A stretch of 64,000 nt of DNA from contig CM082590.2 of the NCBI GenBank assembly GCA_040954595.2, positions 124,001 to 188,000 on the forward strand, given 5' to 3'. How positions within the stretch are numbered: position 1 is the first letter of the stretch; every line of letters begins with the position of its first letter. Shown here in pieces: positions 1 to 14,399 of this stretch. The translations under genes were made by a program, and so were the position numbers. The notes beneath the pieces are model-generated. The model saw only the letters and a program-made list of their open reading frames with translations. It made no database searches and was not told the DNA's origin. The DNA comes from Balanoglossus misakiensis (taxonomy: Eukaryota > Animalia > Hemichordata).

Positions 1-148
1 TATTTATTAGATTACCTTATCATTGGTTTCTGATGACTCTTATGTGTATATACATTAATATTACAGCTCAGTTTAATTTTTCTGCACATACCTAGTATAC
101 ATTTTTCTATAAATACATGCAACCACAACCAGGCAGGAATGTGATCAA

Positions 149-2180
149 TCAATTAAAATCAACAACAGATTCGCACAGGTTTATCAGTGAACAGCAGACA
201 TGAACAATTTTGTCGATCATTGTGTTGCCCTCATCATCTTTGGAAAGAAACAAATTAATAGGAAGTGTCCCACCCAAAATATTATACTTTTGTCTTGCCA
301 TCCCAATAACCCTTTCAACATGTATTCTAACATTGGCAATTCTTCTTGTTGTTTCTACATCTACAGCAGACAACTGACTTTTACCTTTTGTAAAACTAGG
401 AATTTTCATTTGAGCACACAAGCAACCCACACTCTCCTCAATATTAAACCCTTGCTCTGTCAGCAAGTATTAAATCCCCTGGTAATAAATTATCTAGAAT
501 CCCACTGTTTTCAGTAATATGTTTGTCACTAGCCCGCCCACCCCAAGCCCTGGATATAAATGAGACAGTACCTTGAGGAGTGATTCCAATGAGAAACTTA
601 ATTGTGTTGTGGTGTTTATAAGAAGACCATGTTTCTGCCCGAGCTTTTAAATTTGATGACCTTTCTATGAATATTTCAAAACAATCGATTATCACAATGC
701 ATTTTTTACCAAAATATTTACGAAACTTCATGGGCATTGTTTTCTGCAAACTACTGTAAATCGATCTGGCCAAAAGACAAACGGTTTCATTCTTACATAC
801 ATGACATCAATTACAATATTAACAATTCTAGAAACTGAAGATAACGAAACGGAAAACTCATAAGACAAGAACTGAATTGGTAAATTAAAGCGTAACCTCA
901 TTAGTGTCATAATGAACATTCGAAATTTGTCGAGTGATGTGCGAGGGGGCAAGTAGTGTGCAATATAATTGTATAATGTAATTAAAACAGTAAAAGAAGA
1001 TATCCCAGTCAAAAACTTCGCTTTCTCATCGTCGCCTTCAAAATATGCCTCCGAAAATCGACTTTCATGTTCTGACAGTTTCTGTTTCAATATAAGATTG
1101 TCTGATCTCAAATCGTGCAGCTCACTGGTCATACAGTCCAACATATACCCAGTGAGATCAGTTTGCGTTTCACGGCTACATTTGTTCGGGTCACTTTGGG
1201 GTTTGGGGGGTTTCTGTGCTTCCTCTAGCTCATATTCTTTCTGCTCCAATTTCCTCTTTCTTGTCTGTAAAGTGTAATCTATCGTATCTGCCTAAAGCCT
1301 CAGCTGCCTTATCTGTATTCTTCCCTACATTAACTGTTGGAACCCAATCTGGGTTGTTTCTATCGTACAAGTCTGCCTTTTTACCTAAGGGACAGGGGGT
1401 TGAGAGAGATGGATATGGGGAGAGAGAGAGAGAGAAATCTTGAACACTTGTTCTCCTTTCACATGGCATGACCTTTGACCCGCTAATGCTAGGGGCGCAT
1501 TTGATTCCATTTCCTGATATTTCTGGATAATGGGTATGGCAACACATTTTTTTAAAAAAAAATACAAAACGAGGTATCACACTTCCGGGCAGGGGCCTAA
1601 ATTTAGTGTAATCATTTTCAGCGTAAATTTGCATTGTTCCTACGCGTTGTCGAACCCAGCATTGAAACTGACCTGGTTTGACCCCGCGAATGTAAACAAA
1701 ACACTTACAGAATTTTTTATAGAAAGAGTGCTGTGAGACCTTTACCAAATGAGTGCGACTCCTCAAACAGCCGTAAAAATTCATAAAGTAAAGTTTTTTT
1801 CAGTCGACAGAAAGTATATCTGACTCTAAGCATCACCGGTACGGTTTATCGATACCGCCGCCGGCCGACGACGACAGCTCGCTGCCAGTGTAAGTTCAGT
1901 TGTGTTATCTGCAGATTCGCGTGTTTTTGTCGCGGCCAAATGCAAATCCGTAAATATTGTTGATGCCAAGTTGTGAAACATTTATTCGGTGTGTGATATA
2001 ACAAGGTTTCAAAAGTTTCCAGTAAAACTTACCACTAAAAAAATGACTTGAACAAACCCGGACGTTGTCTAGGTTCTTATGATCAAAGTTTTGGCCGATC
2101 CTGGCTAACCATTCGCGCCGTCTCTCTTTTCACATTCTGGTCCTTGATTTGATATCACGGCAGGCAATCTATATAACTGC
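149..2180 (-). pseudogene. ISL2EU/Harbinger-superfamily THAP-DDE transposase, copy 1 (5'-truncated, 3 frameshifting insertions)
   Basis: Fragments carry [39 protein letters not shown](GF) and RIHVERVIG (DDE_Tnp_4), plus MTLMRLR...[13 protein letters not shown] (HTH). The THAP exon remnant is at ~2034-2180. Insertions lie at ~452-455, 754-758 and 1270-1276. Confidence 0.92.
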
Positions 2181-3255
2181 GAGAGAAAAAGAGAATCGTT
2201 ATGTCCTACCACTAGGGGCGCACTAGATGCGATAAAGGTCGGGGAATCCCTAATGTTGACCTTTGACTTGTCACCACACGTGTACTGTTTGTTGATACTG
2301 TGAGCCTGTCACGCGTACAGCCAGAAATTGCCTCAAACTTTCACCGAATCCGGTCAAGAAGCGCCCGTGGTTTCAATATAGGTTGCCTAAACTCCACACA
2401 AGTGCAAGGAGGAGACTGAATCCACAGGAAAATGACAGTAAGATTGTATTTTTGCATGATGTTTACAGTCATGTTGTGATTGTTTACATGCCGAGCGCTA
2501 GGGGTAGGGCATATGTTTAGGGCACCCAACAACAGCGTGCCGAGCAGAGCTGAGATAGCCGTAGCCGTCCAACCTTCCGACAGCGTGAAATATAGGGTTC
2601 GAAGGGGCCTGGCTCCGATAATTTTCTGTTTTGTCCGCGTCTTCGACAACAACACACTCCTGCGGTGTTGGAGTGAACGCAGTAGAAATCCGTCGTGTGC
2701 TCAAATCTCTGTTTTCCGGATCAAAATAACCGTATAACAAAACTGTTTTTTCAGTGATAAAATTACCCCTGTTTAATAATAACATTGTGAAACAAATATA
2801 TAAACTTCAATAACGGTTACAAATGAGATGACCGCTTCGCTGTTAATGTAACTTGTAAGTGGTTAGACCTTCGTTGAAAATTTTCAATCGGTGTGTAATA
2901 ATAGTAGGTGGGTCGACACCATGGTTCAGGGTTTGAATCGTTTTAATAGCTGTTTATTTCTCGAGCATTATCTCAGTTGTTTACAAAACCATCAGTTCTG
3001 TGGGGAAAAAAGAATAAACATGATGTAATGTTTTGAAAGTAGTAACATACATAATTACCATAATGAAATGCACATTGTGTACTCAGTGTATATTTCAGGG
3101 TATTTCTGTGATATGTAAACATTCCGTCAGATGATGATTTTTATTTTGAGAAATTCTACAAAATGTTCAGTAATAACCTCTGTGAGCCCAAATTTCCCCT
3201 GGAGGCTTAAATTTTGGGTTATATTTTTAACTAATCTTGACAATTAAGACCTGGA

Positions 3256-3354
3256 ATGATTTGTGAACGTACAAAGTACTTCTTTGTTAGTGCCATCTTG
3301 CCAGAATTTGTGGGTAAATTTTTCACAAGGACATCAACACGCAAACCAACATAG
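3256..3354 (+). pseudogene. Probable C-terminal remnant of the ISL2EU second gene (YqaJ/lambda-exonuclease-like); repeated in each A unit (e.g. 32997-33095)
   Basis: Translates MICERTKYFFVSAILPEFVGKFFTRTSTRKPT*, resembling the 'FF...ILPEL.GK..TR' motif after YqaJ domains. It is convergent with the transposase, as in ISL2EU elements. Confidence 0.55.
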
Positions 3355-4219
3355 AATCTTGTCACTGCAGATTTGTTTATTTTTGTAATGTGGTGTATTC
3401 TGTAGCAGAACTTTCATGTGCACAGCAAATGAAAGTACAACAGAATACTCCACATCATGAGTGAAAATAACTTCTGCATGGGGCAGGCTACAAATCGTGC
3501 ATCATGTGTTATTTTATTATGGCCATGTAGTGTCTTGTCCAGGGTCATAACATTGTCTCATGAGAACTGTACTAGTACTTCGTACTCATAGAATTTTGGA
3601 AAACTGATATTGTGCTGTTGCAATTAGTGTGTGTTTACTGTCTATATATTCCCTCACAATGAGCAATATGTAGACTCTGTCAACCATGTAATTTGTTTTT
3701 TTCCCTATACCATATGATTCAGTCTTAGCCAATCCAAAGTATGAAATACTGTGTGCATAAAAAGGGGAATATAGATTAACAATTTCAATTAATCATTTAT
3801 CAATAATTTATTAATCATATAATGATATATAAAATTGTCACTACACTATTTATAATACTTAACTTATTTATTGATCAATATTTCTAAAATCTGTATTTAT
3901 TGACATCAGAGAGAATATTCTGTGAATGAATTTATCTTCAAACAAGCAATTACAATGAAATGGACACCTGTTCATTTAATTCAACTACAGACTGACTTTG
4001 TTATTTTTTAGAATATGTTTTAGTCAGCAATGATTTACAAATGTCACTATGCTTATTGTTTGTGAAGAAATTATTTATTAGATTACCTTATCATTGGTTT
4101 CTGATGACTCTTATGTGTATATACTTTAATATTACAGCTCAGTTTAATTTTTCTGCACATACCTAGTATACATTTTTCTATAAATACATGCAACCACAAC
4201 CAGGCAGGAATGTGATCAA

Positions 4220-6253
4220 TCAATTAAAATCAACAACAGATTCGCACAGGTTTATCAGTGAACAGCAGACATGAACAATTTTGTCGATCATTGTGTTGCC
4301 CTCATCATCTTTGGAAAGAAACAAATTAATAGGAAGTGTCCCACCCAAAATATTATACTTTTGTCTTGCCATCCCAATAACCCTTTCAACATGTATTCTA
4401 ACATTGGCAATTCTTCTTGTTGTTTCTACATCTACAGCAGACAACTGACTTTTACCTTTTGTAAAACTAGGAATTTTCATTTGAGCACACAAGCAACCCA
4501 CACTCTCCTCAATATTAAACCCTTGCTCTGTCAGCAAGTATTAAATCCCCTGGTAATAAATTATCTAGAATCCCACTGTTTTCAGTAATATGTTTGTCAC
4601 TAGCCCGCCCACCCCAAGCCCTGGATATAAATGAGACAGTACCTTGAGGAGTGATTCCAATGAGAAACTTAATTGTGTTGTGGTGTTTATAAGAAGACCA
4701 TGTTTCTGCCCGAGCTTTTAAATTTGATGACCTTTCTATGAATATTTCAAAACAATCGATTATCACAATGCATTTTTTACCAAAATATTTACGAAACTTC
4801 ATGGGCATTGTTTTCTGCAAACTACTGTAAATCGATCTGGCCAAAAGACAAACGGTTTCATTCTTACATACATGACATCAATTACAATATTAACAATTCT
4901 AGAAACTGAAGATAACGAAACGGAAAACTCATAAGACAAGAACTGAATTGGTAAATTAAAGCGTAACCTCATTAGTGTCATAATGAACATTCGAAATTTG
5001 TCGAGAGATGTGCGAGGGGGCAAGTAGTGTGCAATATAATTGTATAATGTAATTAAAACAGTAAAAGAAGATATCCCAGTCAAAAACTTCGCTTTCTCAT
5101 CGTCGCCTTCAAAATATGCCTCCGAAAATCGACTTTCATGTTCTGACAGTTTCTGTTTCAATATAAGATTGTCTGATCTCAAATCGTGCAGCTCACTGGT
5201 CATACAGTCCAACATATACCCAGTGAGATCAGTTTGCGTTTCACGGCTACATTTGTTCGGGTCACTTTGGGGTTTGGGGGGTTTCTGTGCTTCCTCTAGC
5301 TCATATTCTTTCTGCTCCAATTTCCTCTTTCTTGTCTGTAAAGTGTAATCTATCGTATCTGCCTAAAGCCTCAGCTGCCTTATCTGTATTCTTCCCTACA
5401 TTAACTGTTGGAACCCAATCTGGGTTGTTTCTATCGTACAAGTCTGCCTTTTTACCTAAGGGACAGGGGGTTGAGAGAGATGGATATGGGGAGAGAGAGA
5501 GAGAGAGAAATCTTGAACACTTGTTCTCCTTTCACATGGCATGACCTTTGACCCGCTAATGCTAGGGGCGCATTTGATTCCATTTCCTGATATTTCTGGA
5601 TAATGGGTATGGCAACACATTTTAAAAAAAAAAAATACAAAACGAGGTATCACACTTCCGGGCAGGGGCCTAAATTTAGTGTAATCATTTTCAGCGTAAA
5701 TTTGCATTGTTCCTACGCGTTGTCGAACCCAGCATTGAAACTGACCTGGTTTGACCCCGCGAATGTAAACAAAACACTTACAGAATTTTTTATAGAAAGA
5801 GTGCTGTGAGACCTTTACCAAATGAGTGCGACTCCTCAAACAGCCGTAAAAATTCATAAAGTAAAGTTTTTTTCAGTCGACAGAAAGTATATCTGACTCT
5901 AAGCATCACCGGTACGGTTTATCGATACCGCCGCCGGCCGACGACGACAGCTCGCTGCCAGTGTAAGTTCAGTTGTGTTATCTGCAGATTCGCGTGTTTT
6001 TGTCGCGGCCAAATGCAAATCCGTAAATATTGTTGATGCCAAGTTGTGAAACATTTATTCGGTGTGTGATATAACAAGGTTTCAAAAGTTTCCAGTAAAA
6101 CTTACCACTAAAAAAATGACTTGAACAAACCCGGACGTTGTCTAGGTTCTTATGATCAAAGTTTTGGCCGATCCTGGCTAACCATTCGCGCCGTCTCTCT
6201 TTTCACATTCTGGTCCTTGATTTGATATCACGGCAGGCAATCTATATAACTGC
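4220..6253 (-). pseudogene. ISL2EU-type transposase pseudogene, copy 2
   Basis: Near-identical to copy 1, with the same lesions. Confidence 0.92.
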
Positions 6254-8292
6254 GAGAGAAAAAGAGAATCGTTATGTCCTACCACTAGGGGCGCACTAGA
6301 TGCGATAAAGGTCGGGGAATCCCTAATGTTGACCTTTGACCTGTCACCACACGTGTACTGTTTGTTGATACTGTGAGCCTGTCACGCGTACAGCCAGAAA
6401 TTGCCTCAAACTTTCACCGAATCCGGTCAAGAAGCGCCCGTGGTTTCAATATAGGTTGCCTAAACTCCACACAAGTGCAAGGAGGAGACTGAATCCACAG
6501 GAAAATGACAGTAAGATTGTATTTTTGCATGATGTTTACAGTCATGTTGTGATTGTTTACATGCCGAGCGCTAGGGGTAGGGCATATGTTTAGGGCACCC
6601 AACAACAGCGTGCCGAGCAGAGCTGAGATAGCCGTAGCCGTCCAACCTTCCGACAGCGTGAAATATAGGGTTCGAAGGGGCCTGGCTCCGATAATTTTCT
6701 GTTTTGTCCGCGTCTTCGACAACAACACACTCCTGCGGTGTTGGAGTGAACGCAGTAGAAATCCGTCGTGTGCTCAAATCTCTGTTTTCCGGATCAAAAT
6801 AACCGTATAACAAAACTGTTTTTTCAGTGATAAAATTACCCCTGTTTAATAATAACATTGTGAAACAAATATATAAACTTCAATAACGGTTACAAATGAG
6901 ATGACCGCTTCGCTGTTAATGTAACTTGTAAGTGGTTAGACCTTCGTTGAAAATTTTCAATCGGTGTGTAATAATAGTAGGTGGGTCGACACCATGGTTC
7001 AGGGTTTGAATCGTTTTAATAGCTGTTTATTTCTCGAGCATTATCTCAGTTGTTTACAAAACCATCAGTTCTGTGGGGAAAAAAGAATAAACATGATGTA
7101 ATGTTTTGAAAGTAGTAACATACATAATTACCATAATGAAATGCACATTGTGTACTCAGTGTATATTTCAGGGTATTTCTGTGATATGTAAACATTCCGT
7201 CAGATGATGATTTTTATTTTGAGAAATTCTACAAAATGTTCAGTAATAACCTCTGTGAGCCCAAATTTCCCCTGGAGGCTTAAATTTTGGGTTATATTTT
7301 TAACTAATCTTGACAATTAAGACCTGGAATGATTTGTGAACGTACAAAGTACTTCTTTGTTAGTGCCATCTTGCCAGAATTTGTGGGTAAATTTTTCACA
7401 AGGACATCAACACGCAAACCAACATAGAATCTTGTCACTGCAGATTTGTTTATTTTTGTAATGTGGTGTATTCTGTAGCAGAACTTTCATGTGCACAGCA
7501 AATGAAAGTACAACAGAATACTCCACATCATGAGTGAAAATAACTTCTGCATGGGGCAGGCTACAAATCGTGCATCATGTGTTATTTTATTATGGCCATG
7601 TAGTGTCTTGTCCAGGGTCATAACATTGTCTCATGAGAACTGTACTAGTACTTCGTACTCATAGAATTTTGGAAAACTGATATTGTGCTGTTGCAATTAG
7701 TGTGTGTTTACTGTCTATATATTCCCTCACAATGAGCAATATGTAGACTCTGTCAACCATGTAATTTGTTTTTTTCCCTATACCATATGATTCAGTCTTA
7801 GCCAATCCAAAGTATGAAATACTGTGTGCATAAAAAGGGGAATATAGATTAACAATTTCAATTAATCATTTGTCAATAATTTATTAATCATATAATGATA
7901 TATAAAATTGTCACTACACTATTTATAATACTTAACTTATTTATTGATCAATATTTCTAAAATCTGTATTTATTGACATCAGAGAGAATATTCTGTGAAT
8001 GAATTTATCTTCAAACAAGCAATTACAATGAAATGGACACCTGTTCATTTAATTCAACTACAGACTGACTTTGTTATTTTTTAGAATATGTTTTAGTCAG
8101 CAATGATTTACAAATGTCACTATGCTTATTGTTTGTGAAGAAATTATTTATTAGATTACCTTATCATTGGTTTCTGATGACTCTTATGTGTATATACATT
8201 AATATTACAGCTCAGTTTAATTTTTCTGCACATACCTAGTATACATTTTTCTATAAATACATGCAACCACAACCAGGCAGGAATGTGATCAA

Positions 8293-10328
8293 TCAATTAA
8301 AATCAACAACAGATTCGCACAGGTTTATCAGTGAACAGCAGACATGAACAATTTTGTCGATCATTGTGTTGCCCTCGTCATCTTTGGAAAGAAACAAATT
8401 AATAGGAAGTGTCCCACCCAAAATATTATACTTTTGTCTTGCCATCCCAATAACCCTTTCAACATGTATTCTAACATTGGCAATTCTTCTTGTTGTTTCT
8501 ACATCTACAGCAGACAACTGACTTTTACCTTTTGTAAAACTAGGAATTTTCATTTGAGCACACAAGCAACCCACACTCTCCTCAATATTAAACCCTTGCT
8601 CTGTCAGCAAGTATTAAATCCCCTGGTAATAAATTATCTAGAATCCCACTGTTTTCAGTAATATGTTTGTCACTAGCCCGCCCACCCCAAGCCCTGGATA
8701 TAAATGAGACAGTACCTTGAGGAGTGATTCCAATGAGAAACTTAATTGTGTTGTGGTGTTTATAAGAAGACCATGTTTCTGCCCGAGCTTTTAAATTTGA
8801 TGACCTTTCTATGAATATTTCAAAACAATCGATTATCACAATGCATTTTTTACCAAAATATTTACGAAACTTCATGGGCATTGTTTTCTGCAAACTACTG
8901 TAAATCGATCTGGCCAAAAGACAAACGGTTTCATTCTTACATACATGACATCAATTACAATATTAACAATTCTAGAAACTGAAGATAACGAAACGGAAAA
9001 CTCATAAGACAAGAACTGAATTGGTAAATTAAAGCGTAACCTCATTAGTGTCATAATGAACATTCGAAATTTGTCGAGAGACGTGCGAGGGGGCAAGTAG
9101 TGTGCAATATAATTGTATAATGTAATTAAAACAGTAAAAGAAGATATCCCAGTCAAAAACTTCGCTTTCTCATCGTCGCCTTCAAAATATGCCTCCGAAA
9201 ATCGACTTTCATGTTCTGACAGTTTCTGTTTCAATATAAGATTGTCTGATCTCAAATCGTGCAGCTCACTGGTCATACAGTCCAACATATACCCAGTGAG
9301 ATCAGTTTGCGTTTCACGGCTACATTTGTTCGGGTCACTTTGGGGTTTGGGGGGTTTCTGTGCTTCCTCTAGCTCATATTCTTTCTGCTCCAATTTCCTC
9401 TTTCTTGTCTGTAAAGTGTAATCTATCGTATCTGCCTAAAGCCTCAGCTGCCTTATCTGTATTCTTCCCTACATTAACTGTTGGAACCCAATCTGGGTTG
9501 TTTCTATCGTACAAGTCTGCCTTTTTACCTAAGGGACAGGGGGTTGAGAGAGATGGATATGGGGAGAGAGAGAGAGAGAGAGAAATCTTGAACACTTGTT
9601 CTCCTTTCACATGGCATGACCTTTGACCCGCTAATGCTAGGGGCGCATTTGATTCCATTTCCTGATATTTCTGGATAATGGGTATGGCAACACATTTTTT
9701 TAAAAAAAAATACAAAACGAGGTATCACACTTCCGGGCAGGGGCCTAAATTTAGTGTAATCATTTTCAGCGTAAATTTGCATTGTTCCTACGCGTTGTCG
9801 AACCCAGCATTGAAACTGACCTGGTTTGACCCCGCGAATGTAAACAAAACACTTACAGAATTTTTTATAGAAAGAGTGCTGTGAGACCTTTACCAAATGA
9901 GTGCGACTCCTCAAACAGCCGTAAAAATTCATAAAGTAAAGTTTTTTTCAGTCGACAGAAAGTATATCTGACTCTAAGCATCACCGGTACGGTTTATCGA
10001 TACCGCCGCCGGCCGACGACGACAGCTCGCTGCCAGTGTAAGTTCAGTTGTGTTATCTGCAGATTCGCGTGTTTTTGTCGCGGCCAAATGCAAATCCGTA
10101 AATATTGTTGATGCCAAGTTGTGAAACATTTATTCGGTGTGTGATATAACAAGGTTTCAAAAGTTTCCAGTAAAACTTACCACTAAAAAAATGACTTGAA
10201 CAAACCCGGACGTTGTCTAGGTTCTTATGATCAAAGTTTTGGCCGATCCTGGCTAACCATTCGCGCCGTCTCTCTTTTCACATTCTGGTCCTTGATTTGA
10301 TATCACGGCAGGCAATCTATATAACTGC
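8293..10328 (-). pseudogene. ISL2EU-type transposase pseudogene, copy 3
   Basis: Near-identical to copy 1; longer intronic (GA)n tract. Confidence 0.92.
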
Positions 10329-12367
10329 GAGAGAAAAAGAGAATCGTTATGTCCTACCACTAGGGGCGCACTAGATGCGATAAAGGTCGGGGAATCCCTA
10401 ATGTTGACCTTTGACTTGTCACCACACGTGTACTGTTTGTTGATACTGTGAGCCTGTCACGCGTACAGCCAGAAATTGCCTCAAACTTTCACCGAATCCG
10501 GTCAAGAAGCGCCCGTGGTTTCAATATAGGTTGCCTAAACTCCACACAAGTGCAAGGAGGAGACTGAATCCACAGGAAAATGACAGTAAGATTGTATTTT
10601 TGCATGATGTTTACAGTCATGTTGTGATTGTTTACATGCCGAGCGCTAGGGGTAGGGCATATGTTTAGGGCACCCAACAACAGCGTGCCGAGCAGAGCTG
10701 AGATAGCCGTAGCCGTCCAACCTTCCGACAGCGTGAAATATAGGGTTCGAAGGGGCCTGGCTCCGATAATTTTCTGTTTTGTCCGCGTCTTCGACAACAA
10801 CACACTCCTGCGGTGTTGGAGTGAACGCAGTAGAAATCCGTCGTGTGCTCAAATCTCTGTTTTCCGGATCAAAATAACCGTATAACAAAACTGTTTTTTC
10901 AGTGATAAAATTACCCCTGTTTAATAATAACATTGTGAAACAAATATATAAACTTCAATAACGGTTACAAATGAGATGACCGCTTCGCTGTTAATGTAAC
11001 TTGTAAGTGGTTAGACCTTCGTTGAAAATTTTCAATCGGTGTGTAATAATAGTAGGTGGGTCGACACCATGGTTCAGGGTTTGAATCGTTTTAATAGCTG
11101 TTTATTTCTCGAGCATTATCTCAGTTGTTTACAAAACCATCAGTTCTGTGGGGAAAAAAGAATAAACATGATGTAATGTTTTGAAAGTAGTAACATACAT
11201 AATTACCATAATGAAATGCACATTGTGTACTCAGTGTATATTTCAGGGTATTTCTGTGATATGTAAACATTCCGTCAGATGATGATTTTTATTTTGAGAA
11301 ATTCTACAAAATGTTCAGTAATAACCTCTGTGAGCCCAAATTTCCCCTGGAGGCTTAAATTTTGGGTTATATTTTTAACTAATCTTGACAATTAAGACCT
11401 GGAATGATTTGTGAACGTACAAAGTACTTCTTTGTTAGTGCCATCTTGCCAGAATTTGTGGGTAAATTTTTCACAAGGACATCAACACGCAAACCAACAT
11501 AGAATCTTGTCACTGCAGATTTGTTTATTTTTGTAATGTGGTGTATTCTGTAGCAGAACTTTCATGTGCACAGCAAATGAAAGTACAACAGAATACTCCA
11601 CATCATGAGTGAAAATAACTTCTGCATGGGGCAGGCTACAAATCGTGCATCATGTGTTATTTTATTATGGCCATGTAGTGTCTTGTCCAGGGTCATAACA
11701 TTGTCTCATGAGAACTGTACTAGTACTTCGTACTCATAGAATTTTGGAAAACTGATATTGTGCTGTTGCAATTAGTGTGTGTTTACTGTCTATATATTCC
11801 CTCACAATGAGCAATATGTAGACTCTGTCAACCATGTAATTTGTTTTTTTCCCTATACCATATGATTCAGTCTTAGCCAATCCAAAGTATGAAATACTGT
11901 GTGCATAAAAAGGGGAATATAGATTAACAATTTCAATTAATCATTTGTCAATAATTTATTAATCATATAATGATATATAAAATTGTCACTACACTATTTA
12001 TAATACTTAACTTATTTATTGATCAATATTTCTAAAATCTGTATTTATTGACATCAGAGAGAATATTCTGTGAATGAATTTATCTTCAAACAAGCAATTA
12101 CAATGAAATGGACACCTGTTCATTTAATTCAACTACAGACTGACTTTGTTATTTTTTAGAATATGTTTTAGTCAGCAATGATTTACAAATGTCACTATGC
12201 TTATTGTTTGTGAAGAAATTATTTATTAGATTACCTTATCATTGGTTTCTGATGACTCTTATGTGTATATACATTAATATTACAGCTCAGTTTAATTTTT
12301 CTGCACATACCTAGTATACATTTTTCTATAAATACATGCAACCACAACCAGGCAGGAATGTGATCAA

Positions 12368-14399
12368 TCAATTAAAATCAACAACAGATTCGCACAGGTT
12401 TATCAGTGAACAGCAGACATGAACAATTTTGTCGATCATTGTGTTGCCCTCATCATCTTTGGAAAGAAACAAATTAATAGGAAGTGTCCCACCCAAAATA
12501 TTATACTTTTGTCTTGCCATCCCAATAACCCTTTCAACATGTATTCTAACATTGGCAATTCTTCTTGTTGTTTCTACATCTACAGCAGACAACTGACTTT
12601 TACCTTTTGTAAAACTAGGAATTTTCATTTGAGCACACAAGCAACCCACACTCTCCTCAATATTAAACCCTTGCTCTGTCAGCAAGTATTAAATCCCCTG
12701 GTAATAAATTATCTAGAATCCCACTGTTTTCAGTAATATGTTTGTCACTAGCCCGCCCACCCCAAGCCCTGGATATAAATGAGACAGTACCTTGAGGAGT
12801 GATTCCAATGAGAAACTTAATTGTGTTGTGGTGTTTATAAGAAGACCATGTTTCTGCCCGAGCTTTTAAATTTGATGACCTTTCTATGAATATTTCAAAA
12901 CAATCGATTATCACAATGCATTTTTTACCAAAATATTTACGAAACTTCATGGGCATTGTTTTCTGCAAACTACTGTAAATCGATCTGGCCAAAAGACAAA
13001 CGGTTTCATTCTTACATACATGACATCAATTACAATATTAACAATTCTAGAAACTGAAGATAACGAAACGGAAAACTCATAAGACAAGAACTGAATTGGT
13101 AAATTAAAGCGTAACCTCATTAGTGTCATAATGAACATTCGAAATTTGTCGAGAGATGTGCGAGGGGGCAAGTAGTGTGCAATATAATTGTATAATGTAA
13201 TTAAAACAGTAAAAGAAGATATCCCAGTCAAAAACTTCGCTTTCTCATCGTCGCCTTCAAAATATGCCTCCGAAAATCGACTTTCATGTTCTGACAGTTT
13301 CTGTTTCAATATAAGATTGTCTGATCTCAAATCGTGCAGCTCACTGGTCATACAGTCCAACATATACCCAGTGAGATCAGTTTGCGTTTCACGGCTACAT
13401 TTGTTCGGGTCACTTTGGGGTTTGGGGGGTTTCTGTGCTTCCTCTAGCTCATATTCTTTCTGCTCCAATTTCCTCTTTCTTGTCTGTAAAGTGTAATCTA
13501 TCGTATCTGCCTAAAGCCTCAGCTGCCTTATCTGTATTCTTCCCTACATTAACTGTTGGAACCCAATCTGGGTTGTTTCTATCGTACAAGTCTGCCTTTT
13601 TACCTAAGGGACAGGGGGTTGAGAGAGATGGATATGGGGAGAGAGAGAGAGAGAAATCTTGAACACTTGTTCTCCTTTCACATGGCATGACCTTTGACCC
13701 GCTAATGCTAGGGGCGCATTTGATTCCATTTCCTGATATTTCTGGATAATGGGTATGGCAACACATTTTTTTAAAAAAAAATACAAAACGAGGTATCACA
13801 CTTCCGGGCAGGGGCCTAAATTTAGTGTAATCATTTTCAGCGTAAATTTGCATTGTTCCTACGCGTTGTCGAACCCAGCATTGAAACTGACCTGGTTTGA
13901 CCCCGCGAATGTAAACAAAACACTTACAGAATTTTTTATAGAAAGAGTGCTGTGAGACCTTTACCAAATGAGTGCGACTCCTCAAACAGCCGTAAAAATT
14001 CATAAAGTAAAGTTTTTTTCAGTCGACAGAAAGTATATCTGACTCTAAGCATCACCGGTACGGTTTATCGATACCGCCGCCGGCCGACGACGACAGCTCG
14101 CTGCCAGTGTAAGTTCAGTTGTGTTATCTGCAGATTCGCGTGTTTTTGTCGCGGCCAAATGCAAATCCGTAAATATTGTTGATGCCAAGTTGTGAAACAT
14201 TTATTCGGTGTGTGATATAACAAGGTTTCAAAAGTTTCCAGTAAAACTTACCACTAAAAAAATGACTTGAACAAACCCGGACGTTGTCTAGGTTCTTATG
14301 ATCAAAGTTTTGGCCGATCCTGGCTAACCATTCGCGCCGTCTCTCTTTTCACATTCTGGTCCTTGATTTGATATCACGGCAGGCAATCTATATAACTGC
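12368..14399 (-). pseudogene. ISL2EU-type transposase pseudogene, copy 4
   Basis: Near-identical to copy 1. Confidence 0.92.

Noticed and set aside
200-1784. Plus-strand ORFs and the 184/133-aa minus ORF (MNFYGCL...) in array A
   Set aside because: These are antisense shadows of the transposase or intron read-through; their length varies with (GA)n slippage.
2341-2785. Three overlapping 85-104-aa ORFs in each A unit
   Set aside because: No recognisable domain; recurrence reflects recent duplication, not selection.
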